Position numbers and translations under genes: made by a program
Notes under the pieces: generated by a model
Seen by the model: only the letters and a program-made list of their open reading frames with translations
What the model was told of the DNA's origin: nothing
Database searches by the model: none
In this document: in pieces, positions 10,168 through 21,949 of the stretch
Numbering within the stretch: position 1 is the stretch's first letter
Layout: every line of letters starts with the position of its first letter
Origin: Cenococcum geophilum
Taxonomy: Eukaryota
Length of the DNA stretch: 64,000 nucleotides
Direction of reading: 5' to 3'
NCBI GenBank assembly: GCA_050273025.1
Contig: CP158635.1
Coordinates: forward strand, 8,494,001-8,558,000

Positions 10168-11615
10168 TGTGACGGCTCGAACCATCGAACAAATGTCTCG
10201 ACAGAGACTTGAACGAATGCTTGCAAGATCAAGCGAACGAATGCTGTATTACGAAGATATTAAGCTAAGGAGCAAGAGAAGGTGGTGAGGCCACGTCTAT
10301 ATACACACGCCAAGTCTTAAGCGAACCCCTGACTAGGTGACGCGCTCCAGCGCCGTCACATCACCCCCCCCTTTGAAAAAGCCTGCCCTCAGGCGTCATT
10401 CTCCAGTACTCGTCTACCTTGTATACAGTTGTAGTTATTTGCTGCAGGTGGGGCAGCAGTAGTCGATGAGATGCTGCAGGCAGAGCAGCGAGTGTCAGTT
10501 GGAATGCTGCAGGCAGAGCAGCAAGGGTCGATCGTAGTGCTGCGGGCGTAGCAGCAGAAGTTAATTGTGGTACTGCAGGCAGGAGCAGTAGTGGTCGAAT
10601 TAAGGTTTAGCTGCAGGCAGAGCAGCAGATATCTGTCGGGTAGTAGTACGGTACTAGCGGCGGTAACGATAGTGGTCGAGCACAGAGCTCGTCTATCGGT
10701 TGTCTTGTAATAGCAGGTTGAACGTAGAGCTTGGGCTATCAATTGGTCGAGTGATCGTAGGCGTAGAGGCACGATCATTGTCTCGTCGACTGTTGGCAGG
10801 GCAGCAGTCGTTTGTTGTAGCAGTACGATGCAAGCGGAAGTCGTGGATCGCAGGCGTAACGGCACGATCGTGGTCAGGTCGTAGTAGCAGGCATATTGGC
10901 GCTACTGTTGTCTAGTATATAGATCGTATGCATATCGGCACGATCGGTAGTCAATAGCAGAGTGATGCCAGCGTCGGTAGTCCTAGTCGATTTCGTTCCT
11001 CAGAGTATACGTGGCTTAGTGGCTGTCAAAAAGGACTATTTAGGTAGCAGTACGGTGCCAGCGTCCGTAGACGTACGGTCGTTCGGTCGGTCGGTCGATC
11101 GATCGTCGACAGATATACGCGTTAGACGCGTCGTCGTCGTTCGGTCGATAGGTCGGTCGGTAGGCACACGCGTTCGGTTGACGGATATACGCGTTGCTTG
11201 GTCGGTCGACGAGCTCGTACGGTCGGAAAGAGGTTACTGCCCGGCACGTGCTTCCCCATAGCATAGGCGGCCGTTAGGTAGAGAATTGAAATAAAAACAA
11301 AAAGAAACATGAGGGTGCCTGCATGGTATAGGGACTAAGCTTCTCGCAACCCAGCTACCACAGGACTTCGTGACCTGAGACATGATACCGCAGCCTGCAT
11401 ATGACTGGGGAGCTTAATATAATGTGACGGCTCGAACCATCGAACAAATGTCTCGACAGAGACTTGAACGAATGCTTGCAAGATCAAGCGAACGAATGCT
11501 GTATTACGAAGATATTAAGCTAAGGAGCAAGAGAAGGTGGTGAGGCCACGTCTATATACACACGCCAAGTCTTAAGCGAACCCCTGACTAGGTGACGCGC
11601 TCCAGCGCCGTCACA
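10168..11615 (-). mobile_element. TRIM (miniature non-autonomous LTR retroelement), 1448 bp
   Basis: Apparently identical 193-bp LTRs 10168-10360 and 11423-11615 (TGTGACGG...CCGTCACA). 5-bp TSD GCTAT. PPT at 10361-10375 on minus. No gag/pol motifs internally. Confidence 0.93.
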
Positions 11616-14060
11616 GCTATAGCCTTATAGGCGGGCTAATATTTCTATATTATTAGCTTATCTGGCATAACTACGTTAGCTAGCAAGCTTTCTACCCGCG
11701 TAGTAAACCTCTAATACTCCTTATAGCTAAAGAGGGGGTTCTTTTATAGGGGGTAGAGCGGGAACTACTTATATAGGATTACTAAGTCCTATAATAGGAT
11801 TACCCTAAGCGTGCGGAGGAGGCGTAAAAATCCTAAGCCTATAAGGTTAAGCTATATAACCTTATTATCGGCCCTACCTAGGTAGTAGGCCTTTATGTAT
11901 TTTAGCTAGATATTAGTCTTAGGCCATATCTTTAAACAGAGGGCCTTCTCTAGCACCTCCCGTGCGTAGGGGAGAAAGTAGCCCTTTTTTTCCTTTAGGA
12001 AGCTAGTAATTAACTATATAAACATATAAGGTAGGTAGCTAAGGTAGGCTCCTATTATCACGTCTATATTCTAGCGTCTAGCCTATTTAATTTAGATCTC
12101 CTTAACGCCGCTAAGCTTGGTATACTAAACGCTCTGCTTATAGGCGCTATAGGTCTTCTCCTTTAAGTAAATTCCTACCCCCTAAAATATCTTTTTATTC
12201 TATTTAAACTGCGTATAATAGCTTAGCGGCCGTTATAGTACTTTAATACTACTAGGGAAGACGTATAAGTTATAGTAGTCCTCTAGCTGCTAAAAGGATA
12301 AAAAGCTTTTAGCGCCGTCTTTACCCTAGCGGTTAAAGAAGTAGAAGGCTATTATAGAGAGGGGGTAAAGGATAGGGTTAGCGTTCCGTATATAGCCTAT
12401 ATACTTAACCTTACCGTACTAATTCTACTTTCCTTATATTATTAATATAATTATATACAGCGCTAACTTATCTAGTTTAGGCCCTTTATTCTTTAGTTTA
12501 ATAAGAATAAGGTTAGTAAGCTAAATATCTTATTTACTTTTACTATAGGTAATAGTAGTATAGCCTAAGGAACGGGTTAGAAAACGGCAGCTATATAGAC
12601 TAGGTAAGGTATATATAAACCTAATAAATACTTAGCTATAGTTTAAAGGTAAGACTTAACTAAACCTAGTATCTTAGAGCCCGTCTCCTAGTACTAAGTA
12701 ATTGCCTTTTTAAGCCCTTTAATATTATAGCCGCTAGTAATTATAAATAGGCCTTAATTAATAAAGTTAACGCGTTAAATCTAGTTCTTATTACGGCGGA
12801 CGCTGTCTAGTACTACTAAGAGCTTCGCCCCCTATAGCGGCTATAAGGTCTTACCCTCTAACTACTACGCGTAAAGCTTAGTAATAGCGAAGATATAGTT
12901 ATTTATAACTAAGTATTAGACTATTTTATTAAATAGGGTATCTAGGGCCTCCTTATCCCATATCTCCCCTTCCTTCTTTATAGCTTCCTCCCCTATACCT
13001 ATAGCTGCCCCTATAGCTGCCCCTATAGCTGCCCCTATAGCTACCCCTATAGCTAACTTCCCCTTTAGCTACCTTACCCGCTTAACTATCTTTTACCTCT
13101 TTTTTACCTACTTACTATCTTTCTATATCTCTTTCTGTTTTAACTTCCGTTTTTAATAGCTAGCAGCCTATAATTCCTAGTTAATAATTTACTACTCTAA
13201 AAATAAGTAAAGCTTATCTTCTATTACCTAGGCGCTATCTATATTACCTTCTAGTCTTATATACTAGTCTTCCCACTCTTTCTACTTTGACTCGTACGCC
13301 CTTATAGTATTCTTTAAGCGCTAAGCCTTATAAATATTATATAGCTATACCGTTTAGGCCTTAAATTTATTCTAGAGGCTATAGGAAGAGGGGGAGGAGG
13401 AGGCTAAAGGGGTTTCCTTTGACTACAAAGTAGACCGTAGGGTAAGAAGATTTTTAAAAGACTCTATCTTCGCAAGAGGTTAGGGGGAAGACGCGTAAGC
13501 GCGGCGCGGGTATAGGTAAATAAAGCCACTAAACACATAAATATTAATAAAGGAGGAGAAGAAGAGAGCTCTGTATTATAGAATTAGAATTATAGTAGGC
13601 CGTTCTATATAAAACTAGAAGCCCCACGTAAGCTAGGAGCTAGCGTAGGTATAAGAATAGGAAGAGGGTTAAAAATTAGATTATTAAGGCGATAATAAGG
13701 TTAAAGGCGCGTAATAAGATCCTCTATACTAACCTAGTACTAACTTAGGCCTTAAAAACGCGTCTAAAAAGTAGGGGCCACTACCAAAAGGGGGGGGTAA
13801 TATTTAGACGATATGTCGCGGACCTTAGGGGGTTGTGCATAACCTAAGGTTATGCTAAGCCTAACCTGGACCTCTAATACCTACCTACAACTCCTAAGTA
13901 AGAAAGCACCACGTGCTAAGAGGCAAATTTTGGGACAGTGAGACTTATATTACAATAGCAATAGTAAGTAAGGAGGATTAATATTTATTACGCTAGTTAA
14001 GCGGTATATATATATATAGATAGCAACCATAAAAGAAGAGTTGCCAGTATTGGGAATAAA

Positions 14061-14140
14061 GGCAAGTGGTTACCACATAAGGCAAATTGCCATCACGTGT
14101 GGCAATTTGCCGTTACGTGCGGCAAGTTGCCGTCACGTGT
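14061..14140. repeat. 20-bp tandem repeat, 4 units (GGCAANTTGCC-GTCACGTG consensus)
   Basis: GGCAAGTGGTTACCACATAA / GGCAAATTGCCATCACGTGT / GGCAATTTGCCGTTACGTGC / GGCAAGTTGCCGTCACGTGT. Confidence 0.8.
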
Positions 14141-14558
14141 CGCCGCGGCAGTAGCGTGGCGAGGAGCCTTAAGCTCCTCGCCCTCCCTCATTTAAGAACA
14201 ACAATTATTATCATACTATCTACGAACCGTAGCTACGTGATATCACCTTGTGTAACTAACATTTATAAAAGATTTTACTATATTTAATAATAACTTTAGT
14301 AAACTTTATACTGTTTAATAACTAATTAAAATATATTACTAATATATTTAAAATTGTATACTTTATTTACTATTTTTTTTCTATTTTTTTTTTAAAACAA
14401 AGGATAACTTATAAGTTTACTTAATTTAAAGTATTTTTTAGAGGAACCCTATTATAATTACAATATATTATAATGATATTTAGATCTTACTTTAAAATTT
14501 TGCTTAAAGTTTATTTAGGGTTTATCTAGGCTATCTTTTAATACCTTTACTTCGGCTA

Positions 14559-14896
14559 TAGGCAAAACTCCTTAATACGATACCGGGTATATAATGATAT
14601 ATTTGGTATTACGATCTACACGCCCTAATCATGCCCTTTTTGGTGTGACTAGCGATAATCTGACTTTGGGCGATATCGTTAAGCTCTACCACCAATATCG
14701 GTATAACTAGTTGCATGGGAAGGGGGTATATCTGGCCTATAAGGAGGGAAATCTATACCCTTTAGGCTTTAAGAACCACTTTTTGTTAAAGTTTTACTGC
14801 TTATTTACCCTACACGTGACTCTTGATATAACAATACCATTGGTATTACGATACATTTGGCGCCAAAACCCATAACGTACTAAGGAGTTTTGCCTG
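14559..14896. mobile_element. Tc1/mariner-type MITE, 338 bp
   Basis: 21-bp TIRs TAGGCAAAACTCCTTAATACG (RIPped) / CGTACTAAGGAGTTTTGCCTG, flanked by TA on both sides. Confidence 0.85.
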
Positions 14897-15122
14897 TAGT
14901 GGGTTAAATTAAGCGAGCGGGGTGAAGTGAGGCCTCACTTCATCTCACTCAATCGACTCTGACCTTTCCGCTCCTCGCCGCTAACCATCCAGTACCTACC
15001 TTTTCGTGTCCCTACCGTCCTATGCATCCGAGAGCCATTTCCCGACCGTCGACTGGCTGGCCAACTTCGATCTTAATGTCTAAAACGCAACAAGTGTACC
15101 AATTAGGCCCTCTACGCAACTT

Positions 15123-16955
15123 CTAGAAAGTCAGGTCCTTTTCCCTTCCGAACATCCTTCGGAGATAGGTCCAGCAGTCGTCCCTTTCTGTTGATAATGG
15201 AATGGGCTTCGTGATTCCCGTTGGGCCGCGATCAATGCGCATCGGATGCTGTCCTAGATAGATCCATTCCAGCTCTGGCAGCGAATCAGCGTATTTCGCA
15301 GCTATCGTAACCATTTCATTTCGATGCTGCATCTCCCATACTAGTTCGAGCTTCTTTACAGGGTCTCCTTCCCTGAAGAAGGGTTGGGCGACGAGGGTCG
15401 CCAAATTACGGGGAAACCTGTCCTCATAATAGCGCTCGGGATCCCCTTCCCCCTGAGTCTCTAGGTCTAGGTTTTGCTCAATATAAGTATCCCGGGAAAA
15501 TGCGAGTTTGCGAAGATTTCGTAAATTTTGGATACAATTCTGCATAGCATCATGGTTGATGACCCACGAATGCCTCCATCCTGCTTGGCATCCCGCACTC
15601 AGACAAAGTTGCTCTAGTCTGTGTATGGTGGATATCTGATCCAGTGCGCTTTGCGGAATATGATCTTGATTCTCAGGCCATCTTAGGCTCAAAGAAATGA
15701 GATTTTTGAATTGTCTGCGGAGCAAAGGGAGTAGTTGTTCTTCAAGGAATTGAGGTGCTTCACCATCGATCCTCAATTTTCGGATGTGGGAATTCGCTTG
15801 AAGAAAGCCTAGTGAAGGGTTCATCATCTTAAGGCTACTCCACACAAATACTTCGAGATTGGGCAGATACCCACACGTGTTGAAGAAGTCTGCAACCCTC
15901 GGATTTTTACTGATATCAACCTCCAAGAACCGGATCGGGCTGGAGCCGCCCGGCTGAATTAGGATATCGAGCCAGGCAGGGTCGTACTTCATAATGCTGC
16001 CAATCTTTAGATCCTGTAACCGCCTAAAAGATGGGCGTTCGTTGACAGGGTCGGGTAGCTGAACGGACGGAGTTGATCCTAGGATGTTAAGGCATGCCCA
16101 TGTGAGAGACTCCAGAGTTGGTGCTGCAAGACAAAGTAGATTGCAGATAAGTGGCGATGTGGCAACATCTTCTCCACCACCCGAAATCGTCCATATCACA
16201 TCCAAATACAGTGAATTCAAGCGCCATCTACATTGGTCTGATGACAGACCAAGGGAGAACTCCTTGTCAACCGACACGCGCTGGAGAACAAGATGCCGAA
16301 GATTTGAGGAAATGATTGCCTCAAAGAAGTTCTTGTCGACGGGGGCGCCATCCGCCCAGAACAGATATTCTAAACGAGGCAAAACTTGTGTATTCGAAAG
16401 GACCAAACTGATTTTGGGCATGTACTCTTCAAAGAAAGTCTTGCATGCTTCATCAAGACGTGCCTTTCGCACGTCTGCATCTAACTGAGCGAAGTCCTCG
16501 GAAAGCTCAATCTCATGGCGATAGGTGATCCATCCAGGGTTCGTGGCGACAGTGATTTTCCGGATACAGGCCCCTATGGATGGTAGCCTAGTTTTGCCGT
16601 GGTTTTCGGAACGTTCCTCATGCTCCTTAAGGAGAACGCCGAGGATACCGATAGCGCTATCGCTGTAGTCAAGTCTGACGTTCGCAAACTGACGGGAGCG
16701 AGCAAGTTGGCGGCAGTCGCGATTGACTAGAGCGAAATTTCTCAAGTCCTCTTGAGGAACTAGCTGAATTACGTGCCATACGAGCTCGATAGGTAAGCGG
16801 GACAGTAGGAAATCGGATAAGAAAGGCCGGCCTTCGTTGATACGATCGAATGAGAGGGGGATCGGATCCTCAATTTCTTTGCCGAAGTCATCCTTTGTTC
16901 CGGAAAAGGTGGGCATCATCAAGCCCATCAGGTCGCTGTGCTGAGACGACGGCAT
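15123..16955 (-). CDS. F-box protein with LRR-like C-terminal region, ~610 aa, intronless
   Basis: F-box LSRLPIELVWHVIQLVPQEDLRNFALVNRDCRQLAR followed by LxxLxL repeats. First ATG at 16955 (CCAACATG); the track's 17084 start is a TTG. Confidence 0.88.
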   Translation of the reverse strand: MPSSQHSDLMGLMMPTFSGTKDDFGKEIEDPIPLSFDRINEGRPFLSDFLLSRLPIELVWHVIQLVPQEDLRNFALVNRDCRQLARSRQFANVRLDYSDSAIGILGVLLKEHEERSENHGKTRLPSIGACIRKITVATNPGWITYRHEIELSEDFAQLDADVRKARLDEACKTFFEEYMPKISLVLSNTQVLPRLEYLFWADGAPVDKNFFEAIISSNLRHLVLQRVSVDKEFSLGLSSDQCRWRLNSLYLDVIWTISGGGEDVATSPLICNLLCLAAPTLESLTWACLNILGSTPSVQLPDPVNERPSFRRLQDLKIGSIMKYDPAWLDILIQPGGSSPIRFLEVDISKNPRVADFFNTCGYLPNLEVFVWSSLKMMNPSLGFLQANSHIRKLRIDGEAPQFLEEQLLPLLRRQFKNLISLSLRWPENQDHIPQSALDQISTIHRLEQLCLSAGCQAGWRHSWVINHDAMQNCIQNLRNLRKLAFSRDTYIEQNLDLETQGEGDPERYYEDRFPRNLATLVAQPFFREGDPVKKLELVWEMQHRNEMVTIAAKYADSLPELEWIYLGQHPMRIDRGPTGITKPIPLSTERDDCWTYLRRMFGREKDLTF

Positions 16956-17313
16956 GTTGGGAAGCTTATTCGGGTCGTTTTTGGAGGAGTACTGAGTGCA
17001 CAATGCGTGATGGGAGAAGATAAAGAAGTGATATATACGTTGCGACAGAGGATTACGCAGATTAGGTGAAGTGAAGATTGCCAAGAGCGGGGAAACCCAC
17101 TGATTAACCGAATCAAAGGTTGTTCCTGCGGACGACGCTAAGGCCTCGGTATATCCTCGCCAAAAAAGTCTATTCGTCCAAAGCTTCGAAAACTTTCCTC
17201 GTCACAGATGGCATTGTCAAACGAGGGTCTCGCCGGGTTCATTGGTACCTGCAAAGACACACTCCAAAATCTTAGCCTGCATCCTTGATTCCGGAAGCTG
17301 GAGAGACGTTTTT

Positions 17314-17625
17314 ATGTTCAATTGGAGTGAGCTACCCCTGGCGAAATTATATCTCATTGCGTTGCATGAAGGCACCCATGGCGTATCATTTAGATCAATT
17401 CACCTGAAGCGTCCAATTATCGATGAGTACTGGTTCTGCGGCTTGCATCCACTTCCCGACAATGAAGAATGTGATTTCTTGCAAAGCTTCCATTACGTCG
17501 CCCGAGAGGACATAGACACGAGCGTGACTCTAGCAGATGGAGATGGCGAGGATATCCACAAATGGCCTTCTATGCTCGCAGACAATTACCAGTTGGTGGA
17601 TACGGAGCCTAGCCTCATGTACTGA
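17314..17625 (+). CDS. Possible small protein or gene fragment, divergent from the F-box gene
   Basis: ~103-codon unRIPped ORF with protein-like composition; no recognised motif. Confidence 0.3.
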   Translation: MFNWSELPLAKLYLIALHEGTHGVSFRSIHLKRPIIDEYWFCGLHPLPDNEECDFLQSFHYVAREDIDTSVTLADGDGEDIHKWPSMLADNYQLVDTEPSLMY

Positions 17626-17962
17626 ACACTAAAAGTTACCGATAAGCAGTAAGCCCTTTGTTTCCTAGTTTCTGTCACTATGCCACCAAGCCGAAAGGAC
17701 AGTGTGAGTGTTCATTGAGTCTGGAGCTCGGCCTGTGTTGCTGAAAGCTCCGGGAGTACTGGCCAAGGCCCTAAAACCTCGGCTAGTGTAGATATTTTAG
17801 CTCCGGCCCAACTTCACTAGGTATACAATCTAACTTTTACTACGCTATATTAAGACGCTATAATTTAATTGTTTTTTAATTTTAACGTTTTTAAAGGTGG
17901 TTTTAATAATTTATTATGTTTCTATAATAGAAGAATAGCTTATAGATAAAGTAAGTTGTAGT

Positions 17963-18028
17963 AGGTTATATTAAGGTTATATTAAGGTTATATTAAGGTT
18001 ATATTAAGGTTATATTAAGGTTATATTA
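17963..18028. repeat. 11-bp minisatellite (AGGTTATATTA)x6
   Basis: Direct reading. Confidence 0.9.
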
Positions 18029-19574
18029 AGGATCTAATATAGGTATAAATTCTAGAGAAGTAGAGGCAAATTAGAGTAGAAAAGGTATTTATTAATATTC
18101 TATCTATATTATTATTTAAATTTAATTAGACTATATTAGTTCCTACTAAATCCCTTTTAGCCTCTATAGAATAATAACGATAGTATAAGGTAATAGGCTC
18201 TATATTACCTAGACTACTATAAAAGGTAAGTAAGTAACTAGCTTAATGCTAAGTATAGCTATACAGAACAATATATATAGGTAAGGCGACTTCGTCACCT
18301 AACGGATAGCTCTATTATAAGCAGCGTAAGTATATATTTAGGTTATATCTATAATTTAATATAGAAATAGATACCGCCTAATAGCCTAAATATATAATTA
18401 TATAATAAGGATCTAATTAGGATATAGAATAAGAACTTTCTCTAAAATAGGTACGTAAATCTTTTTATAAGGATAGTATAAGTATAAGATATAAATTATA
18501 TTTTAGATAAAACTATATTATATCTATAATCTAACCTTAATATATTATTAATAAGGTTCTTTATAGCCCTATTTAAGGTCTAAATATTAGTATAATAGCT
18601 ATATGTAGTACTTTAGAGTAACTTTTAGGTTATATCTTAAAGAACTTATTTCCTAGGATAATCTAAGCTCTTTAAACTTAGATAATAGTAGGAGTAAGGG
18701 TTCTAGTACTCCTAATACTACTTTATAGCTAAATACTATAACAAAGCGCATTTCTAGCGCCCTAGCTCTATATACTAAGGTATAGTATATTAAACTTAGT
18801 AAGCGCCTAATATAGGTACTATTCTTCTATATTAAGGTAATATCTAGTATATATCTGGCTTATATCTAGGATCTAACTTTAATATAGTACTATAGTAAAC
18901 ATCCCTTTATCTATATTCTGCTAGAGGATATTTTCTCTAAATAGGATTATACTATTAGGAAGATTATAGTTATAAGTGCTATATATCTCTATTTTATCCT
19001 AGATCTAACTATAATAAGATCTAAATACTAAGTATAATATTTATACTTAGGGAATAAAATTTACTAATAGTTATAGAGGATTAATTAAGTATATTAAATT
19101 ATATTTCTAGGTAAGAACCTAAATATATCTATATTATAACTAGCTTTTAACCTAAAAAATAAAGAAAAATATAGGCTATATAATTTATAGTATAAAGCCT
19201 AGAGGTTAAAAAGAACTATAATTTAGTAATTTAGCTAGTATATTTATCTATATATCTATATTATATCCTAGATCTAACCTACTATAGTAGCTTAGTAGAC
19301 CCTTTATAAAGCTATCTAGATAGAGGTAAAACTAAATATTATATACCCTATTAGTAAGGCAGTTAAAAAGGCTAGAATTTATAATAATATAAACTATTAC
19401 TCTTCTATCTAGAATATATTAATAATATATTAATAATCTAATTAGAAATAGAACTTAATTTTACTAAATATAACGCTATTAGATATTATAGATAACCTTA
19501 AAGGTAATAAGCCTTTTAATATAGTTAAGAGCTATACTAAGTATCTAGGATAGGTTAGATTTTAAATATAGTAT

Positions 19575-19670
19575 AGTTCTATCTTAGTTCTATCCTAGTT
19601 CTATCCTAGTTCTATCCTAGTTCTATCCTAGTTCTATTCTAGTTTTATCCTAGTTCTATCCTAGTTCTAT
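19575..19670. repeat. 11-bp minisatellite (AGTTCTATCCT)x~8
   Basis: Direct reading. Confidence 0.9.
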
Positions 19671-21070
19671 TCTTTACTACTAAGTATTAAGTATAGAGTA
19701 TAGAATATAGAGTATAGTAGGAGTATTTAAAATCGGCTTTTTCTTAGATATTATAATATCTTTATATTTAGGTAATTACCTTAATATAACCTGTACTCCT
19801 TATACTTATAAGTATAAAAACTTATATTAACTAGGTTTTTATTATAATTTTCTAAGCTTTAACTCTATCTTTTGGTTTTATAGTTTAATTACTTTTACTT
19901 TAGCTTTATATATAGAACCTAGGCTTCTTATTTATAAATATTTAATTAAGATTATTATAATATTAACTATTATAAGAATTAAGTTTATTAAGTAATAGTT
20001 ATATAAAGTAAAGACTATAAGCTACTCTTATATACTTAAATATAATTGGCTTATAAGCTAGATATATTAAGGATATATCTAGATAATCTTACCTAATAGT
20101 AAAATAGACCTAGAATATAGTAAAACCTAACTATTATTTAATATTATAATAGAGGAGACTAAAATATATTAGCTTTATAGAATTTAGTAAGATCTAGAAT
20201 ATAATATACTAGAGTAAATAGAGGCTATAGATTATAAGTAAGATTTTAATTATACGCCTTATAAACTTTATAATTAAAACTATAGGTATATACTAGTTCT
20301 AAAAAATAATATACCCAATATATCTAATATAATAGATATAATAATATAATAATATAAATATAATATTTATATATCCTTTTCTCGTCTTTCTCTATAATTT
20401 CTTTATAGTAAAAATTTTATAGCTAAGAGTATAAATATTTATAATAAAATACGCCTATATAGAGTATCTATTTTCTAAAGCACTTTAGAGGCTAAAAAGA
20501 GTATATACTATACTTATTCTATCCTTTAATATATATAAATATTATATCTATTAATATTAAAACTAAGTTATATATAAGATATATCTAGGATATATCTAGG
20601 ATATAGTCTTTTATGTTCTTATATATCTTAGTAATATTCTTATTATATATCTCTAGATTAGATAAATCTATAATATATTTAATTCTATACTTAGAGGATA
20701 TAAAATATTCTAGTATCTTTTAACTAAATATAAGTCTTTTTATTACTAGAGATCCAGTTTATATAATTAATATTAAGCCTAGTTATATTATAGAATTCTA
20801 CTTATTACTAGCGTTAAAGAAAAGGCATTAGTAGATTATTATAGCTGGTATTTAGGATTATATATTTTTTATAATACTCTTAATATAAGCTAGATATATC
20901 CTAGTTACTATCTTTAATATTTATATATATATATTCTTCTTATACTTATTACCCCTTATAAAAGAAGTACTCTTATAATTATTTAAAATCTTTAATTAAG
21001 AACTAAGTTGCTTTTATTAGTAATAGTATAAAAGAACTATCTAAGATAGGTAAGTGCGTGGGGGTGCCTG

Positions 21071-21532
21071 GATTATATTCTAGATATATTACTAATATAT
21101 CCTAGGTTATATTTTAGATTATATCCTAAATATATTCTAGATTATATCCTAGGTTATATCCTAGATATATTCTTAATTATATCCTAGGTTATATTCTAGA
21201 TATATTCTTAATTATATCCTAGGTTATATTCTAGATATATTCTTAATTATATCCTAGGTTATATTCTAGATATATTCTTAATTATATTCTAGGTTATATC
21301 CTAGATATATTCTTAATTATATTCTTGGTTATATCTTAAATATATTCTTAATTATATTCTAGGTTATATCCTAGATATATTCTTAATTATATCCTAAGTT
21401 ATATCCTAGATATATTCTTAATTATATCTTAGGTTATATCCTAAATATATTTTAGATTATATCCTAAGTTATATCCTAGATATATTCTTAATTATATCCT
21501 AGGTTATATCTTAAGTTATATCCTAGATATAT
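21071..21532. repeat. ~35-bp higher-order minisatellite built from 11-12-bp TATATCCTAG subunits
   Basis: Repeating TATATCCTAGGT-TATATTCTAGA-TATATTCTTAAT. Confidence 0.9.
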
Positions 21533-21949
21533 CTTTACGCAATTTAAAGTAGTTATATATTGTTAGTTATTTCTAATCTAAAGATTATATAATCTTAAAT
21601 ATCCTAAAGATAGGATATAGTTATAATATTATATAATTAAGTATATAAATGGCGATAATTTTAAATAATTCTGTTTTAAAACCTTATTAAGTGTGCGCGC
21701 ACGGTGTTAAAGTTCATCCAGTGTAAGATTTTGTAACGTGGCGTATTTCCACACTCCCGGAGCTTTTGGCAACACTGGCCGAGCTGTATACTCTACCAGC
21801 CTTTAGTCAGCTATACCCCATCCTGACACCCTACCATGCCATCGACTATCACCGATATGCTGTACTGCACAGTTGACACATTTAGAGTTGAAGAAGAAAA
21901 TAAGAATAAAGTATAACCGGGGGTGATTAGGCAAGCAATTGAAAGTGGT

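Larger units (their letters stand above)
8875..13880 (-). mobile_element. CryptonF copy B (RIPped), head-to-tail with copy A, interrupted by a TRIM
   Basis: Colinear with 5471-8874 once 10168-11620 is removed. Independent RIP mutations. Confidence 0.88.
17725..21785. mobile_element. Heavily RIPped ~4.06-kb TIR element, superfamily unassigned
   Basis: 33-bp imperfect TIR AGCTCGGCCTGTGTTGCTGAAAGCTCCGGGAGT / ACTCCCGGAGCTTTTGGCAACACTGGCCGAGCT enclosing the AT-rich block. Relict introns (GTAAGT...CTAAC/CTAAG...TAG). No TSD found. Confidence 0.75.

Noticed and set aside
10389..11310. ORFs inside the TRIM
   Set aside because: Low-complexity products of internal repeats (TGCAGGCAGAGCAGC, GGTCGGTCG); no gag/pol motifs.
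5081..13917. AGCACGTGG / CCACGTGCT inverted pair around the foldback plus Crypton block
   Set aside because: Only 9 bp, mostly the CACGTG palindrome, with unequal spacing; likely chance.
17733..21777. hAT assignment from the CAGTGTTG-like end
   Set aside because: The flanking 8-mers are inverted (AGCTCGGC/GCCGAGCT), not a direct TSD, and no hAT motifs were readable.
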